Positions 40,351-51,665 of a stretch of 64,000 nucleotides of DNA are shown one piece after another. The notes below the pieces were generated by a model that had not been told where the DNA came from, ran no database searches, and saw nothing but the letters and a program-made list of their open reading frames with translations. This DNA comes from Pristiophorus japonicus (lineage: Eukaryota). The position numbers and the translations under genes were made by a program. The DNA lies in contig NC_091999.1 of NCBI RefSeq assembly GCF_044704955.1, positions 64,976,001-65,040,000 on the forward strand, in the 5' to 3' direction. Every line of letters begins with the position of its first letter. The stretch's first letter is position 1.

Positions 40351-40529
40351 GACTTAACCATTAGATAGGCAACAACAATGCTCAAGTTTACTCCCTGTTA
40401 TAGATGAGAAAAAAGAAAAGCTACTCACCAATCGCCAGCCAATCACTTACCCCCTTGGCTGTGACGTCACCTTTCTGTTTCTTTCTACTTCTTTTTTGCC
40501 TTCTCCCTGTAGCTGCACCGGCTCGCTTC

Positions 40530-40815
40530 TCCACGCACCTCTCGCCGACGCTGGGCCCCGGAATCCCTGCTGTGCCTTTTATAGGCGTCTCTCTGAAGTC
40601 CCAACTGCCTCTCCACACACCTCCTCGATGCGGGCCCCGGACTCCCTGCTGTGCCTTTTATAGCTCTCTCTCCGAAGTCCCGACTGCCTCTTCACGCTCC
40701 TCTCGCCGGCGCTGGGCCCCGGACTCCCTGCTGTACCTTTTATAGGCCTCTCTCCGAAGTCCCAACTGCCTCTCCACGCACCTCCTCGACGCTGGGTCCA
40801 AGGCTCCCTGCTGTA
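40530..40815 (-). repeat. About 80-bp tandem monomers at the CR1 5' end
   Basis: ggg(c/t)cc unit starts at ~40553, 40632, 40714 and 40794. Each full unit contains TATAAAAG on the minus strand. Confidence 0.88.
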
Positions 40816-41149
40816 CCATATCAATTCGACATTGCCCACAACTCGTGATACCTAGTAATAAAGCAAAACCTATGTTCTAACCAAAAATGTATTGCATCCA
40901 CCCAGCCATACGCATATATATCTTTATTTATATTAATATCTATTCGCCGACTATATATCCTCTGTCTATATAACAGACGCATGGTCAGGTGCATAAATAA
41001 CTGAGACAGGGTCTGTTTTACAATAAATAAAGATATACTCCTTGGAGTGGGATTTTATCCCAAAAATATCTGAGACCAAGGCGAAAGTGAGACACACTTG
41101 GACTCGGCTTACAAAAACAGACATTGTCTTGTGAAGTGCAATGAACACA

Positions 41150-41690
41150 TGGCCCAATGTAGCATAAAGAGACTCAGGGTTTAATATAATCGAACCAGAG
41201 ACAGTGTCGAGAGTAATATATAAGGAGACAGTGCTTAGTTTAACATAAACAGAGTCAGGGTCTAGTGGAATATAAACAGGGACAGGGTCTAATGTAAAAT
41301 AAACAGTGACAGGGTCTAGTGTAATATGATTAGAGACAGGATCTAGTGTAATATAAATAGATAAAGGGTCTAGTGCAATATAAACAGAGACAGGTTCTAG
41401 TGTAATATAAACAGAGACAGGATCGAGCGTAATATAAACAGAGAGAGTGTCTTGTGTATTATTAACTGAGAATTGGTCTAGTATATTATAACAAAGGGGG
41501 AGTCCTGTAATAACTGAGACATGGTCTAATATAGTGTAAATAGAGATAGGGTCTCGTGGAAAATAAACAGAGACAGGGTCTAGTGTAATATAAACATACG
41601 CAGGGTGTGGTGTAATATATACAGAGACAGGGTCAAATGTAATATAAACAGGCTTACGGTCCAGTGTAATATAAAACGATACAGGGTGTA
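41150..41690 (+). repeat. 27-bp satellite array
   Basis: Tandem units. Confidence 0.9.
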
Positions 41691-41847
41691 CTAATAAAGT
41701 TAAATCTCTGGCTTGTGGTTACTCTGCCTCCTCCCAGTGGAAACAATTCCAAACTAATTTCTCATTAAAACTCTTCACAATTTTCAACATCTCTATTAAA
41801 TCGCCCTTAACATTCTCGGATCTAAGGAGAACAATCCCAGTTTCCAG

Positions 41848-43110
41848 CTACTCTACTGATGCACCTCACGGACTTCCAAATCCGGAGTCGTGAAACTTTT
41901 GTATGGAAATACAATCTTACAACAGTGCCAGAATAGCATCCTCGGCAAGAATAGAGAATGGGCCCCGGGAATGAAACCGACCATCTAAGACTCGGCTCAG
42001 GCCCTGAACTTTAGAAACACTGAACTAAAGGACAACATCTTAAAAAAAAGCTGTAATATGTTAAACCTCAACTAAGTGGGATTACTTTCTTCTCTGAATC
42101 AGAAGGCTGTGGGTTCAAACCTTCCTTCAGAGATTGAGCACATAATCTCGGATGTTAATCCCGGTACCAGTACTGAGGGAGCGCTATATTGTCGCTGGTG
42201 CAGTCTTTCGAATGAGACGTTACAGCTACTGAGTCTTTCCTCTCAGTTGGATGTAAAATATTCAATCGCTCTATTTTAAACAGCAGGAGAGTTAGCCCTA
42301 GCGTCAATGACAAGTATGTATCCATTAACCAGCATCGCTAAAGAACAGATGCTCTGCTCATTATCACATCATGTTTTTGCTAGCTTGCTGTGCACAATGG
42401 GACTGCCATATTTCCTACTTGTAAGGGTGACTACACTTCAAACGTACTTCATTGGCTGTAAAGCACTTTAGGAAATTGCGAGACAGTGAAACTCGTGAGA
42501 GTTATTTCTAAATGTCAACATTTTAAAATACTCATTGCAATAGGTCCCTCCTCTGGTCGCTAATTTAACTTGTTTAGATGACATGGCTTGATTCTTCCAC
42601 GAAATGGTCATCCAGTAAAATATTAATTTGTTCAGAGAAGTTCCATTGATTTTGGCAGCAGAAATTTCAGAACTGAATTTTTAAATTTAATATTTTCCCT
42701 TTTGATATAAATCACATCTGTTCTAATTGAACAAACATAAACCGATGTCACTGCTCGAACTATTTCCATTTATTTGCAACTGTCAATAGTCATAAAATAA
42801 ACCCGTGTTGTGAGTTGAAACTAATCAGTTAGTGACTTTGTGGACCTGTTTTTTTTCTGCCATGAACACTTCATGGGAATCAGAGAGGTATTTATGTAAA
42901 TAAACACAGAAGTAGAAGTCCCAGATTAGAGTATTGAATGACAAAAACACAATAAGTGTTCCCCACCAACACAGAATAGAAATAAACAGAGAGAGAAATG
43001 CAAATGTCTCAACGGATTCCAGCAACAATTGATTTTTTAGGATATTTCTAAAAGTTATAGGCGAATAAATTATTGAATGATGTCCACGGTCAGAAAGTGG
43101 AAAGATTCTA
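41848..43110 (+). pseudogene. Unidentified decayed gene, partial copy D (E3 and E4 remnants)
   Basis: FFHEMVIQ*NINLFREVPLILAAEISELN aligns with E4 of the other copies. Confidence 0.5.
42065..42490 (+). mobile_element. Deu-domain SINE, unit copy D
   Basis: Paralogous to 3880-4315. Confidence 0.75.
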
Positions 43111-43354
43111 ATCACCGTATATAGTGACAGCTCTAATGTATTTGTGGCAATTCCCTGTATCCACTCCCTCTCTGCCTTTCTCTCCTATTCCCACCTTCTG
43201 TCTTGCCTCTACACAATGCGTCATTACATTTATCCCACAAAAAGAAATCAATGGCTAACAAAAGTTTTCCTTAAGATTTATTTCCAGGCCTCGAATGAAA
43301 TTGGTGGGCATACGCAAAGTAGCTTTATTCTAAAATATGTCCTGTGAACTCAAT

Positions 43355-43846
43355 AATCTGGGAATCTTACGTGGGACTCTGTAGAGGGAAATTTACTCTG
43401 CATCTAACCCGTGCTGTATCTGCCCTGTGATCATTTGATCCAACACTGTAGAGGAACCTTTACTCTGTATCTAATTCATGCTGTACCTTCCCTGGGAGTG
43501 TTTGATGAAACAGCATAGAGGAAACTTTACTCTGTATCTAACCCGTGCTGTATTTTCCCTGGATGTGTTTAATGGTATGGTGTAGAGGTTTTCACTCTAC
43601 ATACACAGTGCTGTACCGGCCCTGGGAGTGTTTGATGGGACAGCACAGTTGGAACTTTACTCTTTATCTAACCCATGATGTACCTGTCCTGAGAATGTTT
43701 GATGGGAACGTTTTAGAGGGTGCTTTATTATCTATCTACCCGTGCTCTACCTGCATTGTGAATATTTGATGGGACCGTATCGAAGGAGCTTTACTCTGCA
43801 TAGACCCGTGTTGTACCTGCCCTGCGAGTGTTTCATGGCACAGTGT
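43355..43846 (+). repeat. 67-bp satellite
   Basis: About 7 units. Confidence 0.9.
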
Positions 43847-43966
43847 GAAACCACTACCTCAACAAAATGTTAATATCAGTGCAACTTCCTGTGTGTTGCA
43901 TTTCGTTTTTACCTGCTTGACATCTTCACGTCAGAAACATATAAACACTGTCATCAGTGTGACTTG

Positions 43967-43980
43967 GTCGCCATAGCAAC
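43967..43980. promoter_or_regulatory. Candidate RFX X-box
   Basis: GTCGCCATAGCAAC fits GTNRCC-N2-RGYAAC. Ets-like acttcctg and CRE-like tcacgtca lie nearby. Confidence 0.4.
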
Positions 43981-44054
43981 ATCAGTGCGACCTCTGAACC
44001 TGAGCCACTCGGAGTGCTCGATCTGACCTACATAGACACATCTACACCCGAGGG

Positions 44055-44805
44055 TCTAGAGCAGTAATAACCGAGACCAATTGTAACATAGGCAGAGAGA
44101 GGATATTGGGTAAACTCAAGAGAGACAGCGGCCAGTGCAGTAATATAATCAGGGACTGCGTCTAGTGTAATATAAACAGAGACAGGGTCTTGTGTAATAC
44201 ATAAAATACAGGGTCTAGTTTAATATAAACAGAGACAGGGTCTATGGGAATTTAAAAAGTGGCAGGATCTTGTGTAATATAAACAGGGGCAGGGTCTAGA
44301 GTAATATAAACAAGGACAGGGTCGAGTGTAATATAAACAGGAACAGGGTCTAGTGTAATTTAAACAGTAAGAGGGACTAGTGCAATATAAACGGAGACAG
44401 GGCCTAGTCTAATATAAAAAGTCAGGGGAGAGTGTCATCGAAACAGTGACAGGGTCCAACATAAAAAAACAATGGGTATCATGCTGTAATAACTGAGACA
44501 GGGCCTCGCGTAAAATAAACAGAGATAGGGCCATGTGTAAAAGAAACAGAGAGAGGGCCTCGTGTAATATAAAGACAGATACGGCCGTGTGTAATATAAC
44601 ATGAGACAGGGTCTAGTGTAATGCAAACAGAGACAGGGTCTTGTGTAATGTAAACAGTGACAGAGTCTAGGGTAATATAACTAAAGACAGCGTCTAATGT
44701 AATATAAACAGAGACAGGGTCTAGTGTAAAATAAACAGGGACAGGGTCTAGTGTAATATAAACAGAGGTAGATGCTAGCCTAATATAAATAGATAGAGGG
44801 TCTAC
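44055..44805 (+). repeat. 27-bp satellite array
   Basis: Tandem units in plus orientation. Confidence 0.93.
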
Positions 44806-45217
44806 TCTTAATAAATGAGCAACAATGGACAGACTGTACGATTCTCATTAGCGTTTCTGGTAACGGCGTTAATGGGCACTACCGGCTTTGCAATTGTGTG
44901 TGGCGAGAGTGACAATGCCCGAGAAATTTTCATGGAGGTTTCTGGCGGCAGTAGTCTCTACCACCACGATCTACTGCGGCGGAGGTTGATGACATCATCA
45001 GGTTGCACAGTGATCCAGTAGCACTCCGGATCCAAACTTCAGAACTGGCTTCTGCAGCATCGCCAGGCGAAAACGCCTGCAGCTGCAGGAGGCATTGTTA
45101 TCGATTCCATCCACTTGGGGAGTGGTATTTAATGGTAAGGCCGCTTGTGACCATAATAAATTTGTTTAAGCCTCTGAGCATTTTTTCAACATTTTCTTAT
45201 GAACCGTCTCAGTTAGA

Positions 45218-45915
45218 ACTACACGAGATCCTGTCTCTGTTTATACTACACTAGACCGCGTCTCTGTTTATATTAACCGAGACCCTGTCTCTCTTTATAT
45301 TGCACTAGATCCTATCTCTCTTTATTTTACTCTAGACCCTGTCTCTGTTTATACTACACTAGACCCTGTCTCGGTTTATATTACAGTAGATCCTGTCCCT
45401 ATTTATAATACACTCGACCTTGTCTCTCTTTATATTATACTGGGCCCTGTCTCTGTTTATATTACACTATACACTGTCTTTCTTTATTTTACCCCAGACC
45501 CTGTCTCTGTTTATATTGCACGAGACCCTGTCACTGTTTATATTACCGTAGACCCTGTCTCTGTTTATATTACACTAGACCCTATCCCTGTTTATATTAC
45601 ACTAGACCTGATCCCTGTTTATATTGAACTAGACCCTATCTCTCTTGATTTTACAGAGACCCTGTCTCTGTTCATATTACACAGACCCTGTCACTGTTTA
45701 TATTACCCTCGACCCTGCCTCCATTTATATTACACTAGACCCTGTCTCCGTTTATATTACAGTAGATCCTGTCCCTGTTTACATCACACTCGGCCCTGCC
45801 TCAATTTATTTTACATAGGCCCTGTCTCTGTTCATATTACAGTGAACCCTGTCTCTGTTTTTATTGCACTAGGCCCTGTTTCTGTTTATATTAGATGAGA
45901 CCCTGTCTATGTTTG
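45218..45915 (-). repeat. 27-bp satellite array, inverted
   Basis: (agaccctgtctctgtttatattacact)n. Confidence 0.93.
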
Positions 45916-46689
45916 CGTTTTTGATAGGTATTATTCAACCTGCTGCCATCACCCTTTCAGGCAATACATTCCAGATTATTACAATTAGCTGCATAAAAAA
46001 TCTCCTTACCTCCCATCTTGATGTATTTTATCAATCATCTTAAATTTTTGTCATCTCTTTACCAATACTTCTACCGATACCTTACTATCAACTCTATGAA
46101 ACCCCTTCACAATTTTGAAATCCTCTGTTAATTCTCCCCTAAGCATTCACTGCTATAATAAGACTAATCCCAACCTCTCTCGTGTCCACATAACTGAACT
46201 CCCTCATTCCTTGTACCAAACTCCTTTGCATCCTTGGCAAGGCCCCGACAATCTTCGTAAAGTGTGGATTGAAATAAATGCAATATTTATTTGTCCTTCA
46301 GATTATTTCTAAAGATACATGCCAATTCAAATTTGAGTGACTGAGCAGTAATCTGAGCATTAATTATTTTGTTAAAAATGCTGTTACTTGTTTTGGCAAT
46401 GCAGACGGTGACTGAAATGCTCAGCATCATCGGCCTCTGCATGATTCATGTTTCAATATTCACCACCTGATGATAAACGACATCTACTGCAGGCCACAGA
46501 GTTTACTTTAAACACGATTCATAATTGCACCCAAAATAACTTGCAAGAAAGTTTACCCAAAGGTTTTTTAGAGCTAATAACAAGAGGTGCAAATGAAGAG
46601 GAAGTATTAAGGACGGAATTAGTGAAATTATTTTTGAAAATTCATCTTCAGCTCATCATTGAGAGCCGTCAGATTAGATACACCTACAT

Positions 46690-47495
46690 AAGGAATAAAA
46701 ACCTCACAGGAAAAATGGTCCAACCGTGGCTAAAAAGGGAAATTAAAGATAATATTAGATTAAAGGAAAAGGCTTAACATGTTGTCACAAATTGCAGTTA
46801 CCCCGAGGATTGGGAGGATTTTAGAATTCAGGAAAAGATGACCATGCAACTGATAAAGTGGGAGAAAATATAAAATGGAATAAACTATCAAAAATCTAAA
46901 AACAGATTGTTAGAACTTCTACACGTGTGCAGAAAGATGACATAAATTCTCGTACCATGTTTAATGTATCCACGTTTTCCTACGTTACAAAGTTAGGTGG
47001 GACAGGAAACAGTGAGAAGGAAGTAAGGAGGCGTCAAAGGGATATTGACAGGTTAAGTGAGTGGGCAAGAATATGGCAGATTGAATATAAAGGGGAGAAG
47101 TGTGAAGTGAAGGACAAATAGAAACGCCGAATACCTTTTGAATGCTGAAAAACTGGGCAACGTTGTTATTCAGAAAGACCTGGATGGCCTTGTACACGAA
47201 TCACAGAAAGTTAACATGGAGCTACAGTAAGCAATTCGGAAAGCAAACGGTAAATTACATTTCATTGCAAAGAGATTGGAGTCTTAGAGTAAAGACACCT
47301 CATGCACTTATATAGGGCCCTGCTGAGACTATGCCTGGAGTATAGTGTGCAGGTTTATTCTGCTTACGTATCGAAGGGTATATTTGCCATTGAAGGGAGT
47401 GCATCAAATATTCATCAGACTGATTCCTGGGATGGTGGGAGGGTCTGTCCTTTGAAGAGAGATTGAGTATCTAATGTCCATATTTCCTAGAAAAT
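46690..47495 (+). mobile_element. Old fragmented CR1
   Basis: QPWLKREIK, KLGGT...DIDRLSEWARIWQ. Confidence 0.8.
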
Positions 47496-47496
47496 C

Positions 47497-48050
47497 TGAA
47501 CATAAGAACACAAGAATTAGGAGCAGGAGTAGGCCATACGGTCCCTTGAGCCTGCTCCGTCAATCAATGGGATCATGAATGATCTCCTACATCAACTCCA
47601 CTTCCCTGCACTATCCACATGTCGATTAATTCCATTAATGTCCAAAAATCTATTGATCTCTGTTTTGAATATATTCAAAGACTGAGCTTCCACAGCCTTC
47701 TGTGGCAGAGAGTTCCAAAATTCCCCATCATCTGATTGAAGAGGTTTATCCTCTTCTCAGTCCTAAAAGGACGACCACTGATTCTGAGTCTGTGACCCCT
47801 GGTTCCAGACTCGTCAGCCAGAGTAAACATCCTCTCTGCATCTCCCTTGTCAAATCCTGTAAGAATGGTGTGTGTTTTAATGTGATCACCTCTCATTCTT
47901 CTAAACTCGAGGGAATCTAGGCCACATCTACTCAACCTCTCATGGGACAATTCCACCATCCCAGCATTCGGTCTGATGAAACTTTGTTGCACACCCTCAA
48001 TGGCATGTATATCCTTCCTTAGGTAAGGAGATAAAAAACTGTATCCCCAT
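47497..48050 (-). mobile_element. CR1 3' end
   Basis: SPYLRKDIHAIEGVQ and an (aacataag)n tail. Confidence 0.88.
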
Positions 48051-48149
48051 TGAATCAGTGTCAAGGATTCACGGGCGCGTGCAGCCTCAGCTTAGGTCTA
48101 AAGGGCCTCAATTTGTGTAGCCTTTGAACCCTGACTCAGGGCTGTGATC

Positions 48150-51100
48150 CTGAGCTGGTCCCATATGGCAGACTTATCAAGAAATTAAAAGCCCGTGGAA
48201 TCCAGGGCACAGTGGCAATTTGGATCCAAAATTGGTTCAGAGGCAGGAACCAGAGTGTTCTGGTTAATGAGTGTTTTTGTGACTGGTTGGATTTATCCAG
48301 TGGTGTTCCACATGTTTCAGTGCTGCCCTTGCGCGTTGTGGTATATATCACTGATTTGGACTTGAATATTGGGGATATGATTAAGAAATTTGCAGTTGAC
48401 ACTAAAATAGGCTGTGTGGTTGATAATGAAGAAGAAAGTTGCAGACTGCAGGAACATATCAATGTGCTGGTTATATGGGTAGAACAGTGGCAACTGGAAC
48501 TCAATCCAGATAATTGTGAGGTAAAGCATTTGCAGAGATTTAAAAACGCAAAGGATTACACATTAATGGTACGATACTGAAAAGTGAAGGGGATCAAAGG
48601 CACCTTGGAGTGCACGTCCACAGATCTCTGAAAGTAGCAGCCCTGGTAGATAAGGTGGTTTGCAAGGCTTATGGAAAACTTGCCTTTATTCGTCGAGGCT
48701 TAAGAACATAAGCAATAGAAACAGGAGTAGGTCTTATGGCCCCTCGAGTCTGCTCCGCCATTCAATAAGATCACGGCTGATCTGATCATCCACTCAGCTC
48801 CACATCCCCGCCCGCTCCCAAAATCCCTTATCTCTTATCGTTTAAGGAATAGTCTATTTCTGTCTTAAATTTATTCAATGTCCCAGCTTCCACAGGTCTC
48901 TGAGGCAGCGAATTCTATTGATTTACTACCCACTGAGAGAAGAAATTTCGCCTCATCTGTTTTTTAAATGGGCTTCCCCTTATTCTAAGGTCATGCCCTC
49001 TAGTTTTGTCTCCCCCATCAGTGGAAACATCCTATCTGCATCCACATCATAATCTTATATTTTTCGATAAGATCACCTCTCATTCTTCTGAATTCCAATG
49101 ATTAGAGGCCCAACCTACTCCACCTTCCCACTCATCCAGGAATCAACCTAGTGAACCTTCTCTGAACTGCCTCCAAAACAAATATATCCTTTCGTAAATA
49201 TGGAAACCAAAATTTCACGCTGTATTCCAGGGGCGACTGCACCAATACCTTATATAGCTTTTATACTCCATCACCTTTGCAATGAAGTCCAAGATACCAT
49301 TGGCCTTCCTGATCAATTGCTGTACCTGCATACTATCCTTTTCTGTTTCATGCACAAGTACCCCCAGGTCCCGCTATACTGCGGAACTTTGCAATCATTC
49401 GCCATTGAAATAATAAATTGCTCTTTCATTTTTTTTCTGCAAAAGGGCATGAATTTACACTTTCCTACATTGTACTCCATCTTGCAAATATTCTCCCACT
49501 CACTTAGCCTTTCTATGTTATTTTGCAGATTGTTGTGTCCTCCTCACACATTGCTTTTCCTGTCACCCTTGAATCTTCAGCAAACTTGGCTACCTTATAC
49601 TCAGTCCCTTCTTCCAAGTCGTTAATATTGATTGTAAATAGTTGGTCCCAGCACTGATCCCTGCGGCACCCCACTAGTTATTGGTTGCCATCCAGAGAAT
49701 AAACCATTTATCCCGACTCTCTGTTCTCTGTTAGTTAAGCAATCCTCTATCGACGCTAACAAATTGCCCCCAACCCAGTGGAATTTTATGTTGTGCATTA
49801 ACCTTTTATTTGGCACCTTGTCATATGCCTTCTGGAAATCGAAACACATCACATCCACTTGTTCTCCTTTAACCACACTGTATGTTACATCCTCGAGGAT
49901 CTCCAGCAAATTTGTTAAACATGACTTCCCCATCATGAATCCATGCCGACTCTGCCTGACCGAATTTTGATTTTGCAAATGTCCTGTTACTGCTTCTTTC
50001 ATAATGGACTCCAACAGAGGGTAGGCTAACTGGTCTATAGTTTCCTGCTTTTTATCTGCATCCTTTTTTAAATAGGGGCGTTACATTTGGAGTTTTCCAA
50101 TTTGTTGGTACCTTCACAGGATCCAGGGAATTTTGGTAAAATACAACTATTGCATCCGCAATCCCTGCCGCTACTTCTCTTAAGATCCTAGGATGCAAGC
50201 CATCAGGTCCAGGGGATTTTTCTGCCTTTATCCCATTATCGTACTGCGTACCACCTCCTTTGTGATTGTGATTATGTTAAGTTCCTCAACCCCCCCAACC
50301 ACACACCGCCCCCATATAGACCCTCGACTATCCATTGTCGGAATAATGTTAGTGTCCTCTACAGAAAAGACAGTTCCCCGATAGTAATTCCCAACTCTCA
50401 ACCTCTAAGGGTCCAACAATTACTTCAGCGACTCTTTTCCTTTTAATGTACCTACGGAATCTCTTGCTATCTATTTTTATATTTTGTAATAGTTTACTTC
50501 CATAGTCTATCTTCCCATTCTTAATAATTTTTTCAGTCGGAATACAAGAGCAAGTAGGTTATGCGTGAACAGTTTAAAACACTGGTCGGCCTTAGCTGGA
50601 GTACTGCGTGCAGTTATGTTCACCATATTATAGCAAATATGTTATTGCAAGGGAAAGGATGCTGTGGAGGTTTACAAGAATGTTGCCTGATTTGGGAATT
50701 TTAGCTATAAGGAAAGATTGCAGATGCTGGGTCTGTTTTCTTTGTCACAGAGGAGGCCGAGGGGAGACCTGATTGAGATGTACAAAATGATGAGGGGCCT
50801 GGATAGAGTGGAAAGGAAACACGTTTTTCCCTTGACAGAAGGGCAGCAACCAGCGGGTATGCAGTTAAAGTAATTGGCGTGATGTATGGAGGAGATATGA
50901 GGGCCATTTCTTCACCCAGATGGAGGTGGGTGTCTGGAATGCACTTCCTGAAAGGATAGCAGATGCAGGTAACCTTACCACATTTAAAAAGTACTTGGAC
51001 AAGCACCAAAAGTGTAGTAACCAACAGGGCTACGGGCCAAGAGTTGGAAAGTGTGATTAGGCTGGATAGCCCTTGGTCGGCCGGCGTGGACACGATGGGC

Positions 51101-51150
51101 CAGAATGGCCTACTTCCCTGCTGTAAATTTCTATGGCTCTTTGATTCTGT
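48150..51150 (+). mobile_element. CR1 (48150-48700 and 50538-51150) split by a nested antisense CR1
   Basis: WIQNWFRGRNQSV...KFAVDTKIG. The RT DNA resumes at ggaatacaagagc and ends with a ttctatg-like tail. Confidence 0.85.
48701..50537 (-). mobile_element. Nested CR1 fragment
   Basis: HGFMMGKSCLTNLLE, DFQKAYDKVP, GVPQGSVLGP and a taagaacataag tail. Confidence 0.9.
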
Positions 51151-51239
51151 GAAATGGGTCATACACCGCCTGTTCGCTTAGTTTTAGTACATCCCGATAG
51201 TCAGTAAAACTTGAATAAGAATGGGAAGAAAATTACATT

Positions 51240-51665
51240 TAAAGAAAGACTTGCACTTATATAGCCCATTTTACAAACACCGGACGTCTGAAAGTGAATT
51301 ATGGCCAATTAATTAGTGTTTGAAGTGCAGTCACTGTTTAATGCGGGAAACGCAGCAGACAATATGCGCACAGCAAGCTCACAGAAACAGTAATGTGATA
51401 ATGACCAGATAACTTGCTTTATTTTGTTAAGTAGATTGAGGGATAAATAATGGCCATGACACTGGGGATAACTCCCCTGCTCTTCTTAGAACTAGTGTCA
51501 CTTGAAAGAGCAGACGGGGCCTTGGCTAAGTGTCTCAGCTGAAAGACGGCACCTCTGATAGTGCTGCACTCCCTCAGCGCTGCACTGGAATGTCAGCCTT
51601 GATTTATGTGTTCATTTTCCTGGAAAGGGAGTTGAACCAAATCCTTCTGAGCCACAGCTGACACA
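51240..51665 (-). mobile_element. Deu-domain SINE
   Basis: Reverse-complement Deu core with an aaagaaagacttgca tail. Confidence 0.8.

Larger units (their letters stand above)
36326..40815 (-). mobile_element. Near full-length CR1 LINE, ~4.5 kb
   Basis: 5' tandem monomers, ORF1, ORF2 (EN plus RT) and an (atagaa)n tail. The flanks (...gacacaata | ccatatcaattcgacattgcccac) rejoin to match uninterrupted copy B at ~26070-26105. Confidence 0.97.
30840..40850 (+). pseudogene. Unidentified decayed gene, copy C: E1 ~30840-30981, E2 31185-31266, E3 31591-31738, E4 from 32353, E5 ~35390-35706, E6 35957-36325 plus 40816-40850
   Basis: E1 QRARGGHWSVLNSEK*EEKTTVKVNDVIKQ; E2 KLVERIAYGKFQLSNPHRWKQKHCK; E6 VRLNQMS*SIPVDIRNLRPPYGGAVRSRFQ. 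Confidence 0.6.

Noticed and set aside
43839-43870. CACAGTG followed by ACAAAATGT, a possible RSS
   Set aside because: The spacer is 16 bp, the heptamer derives from the 67-bp satellite, and no Ig segment is adjacent.
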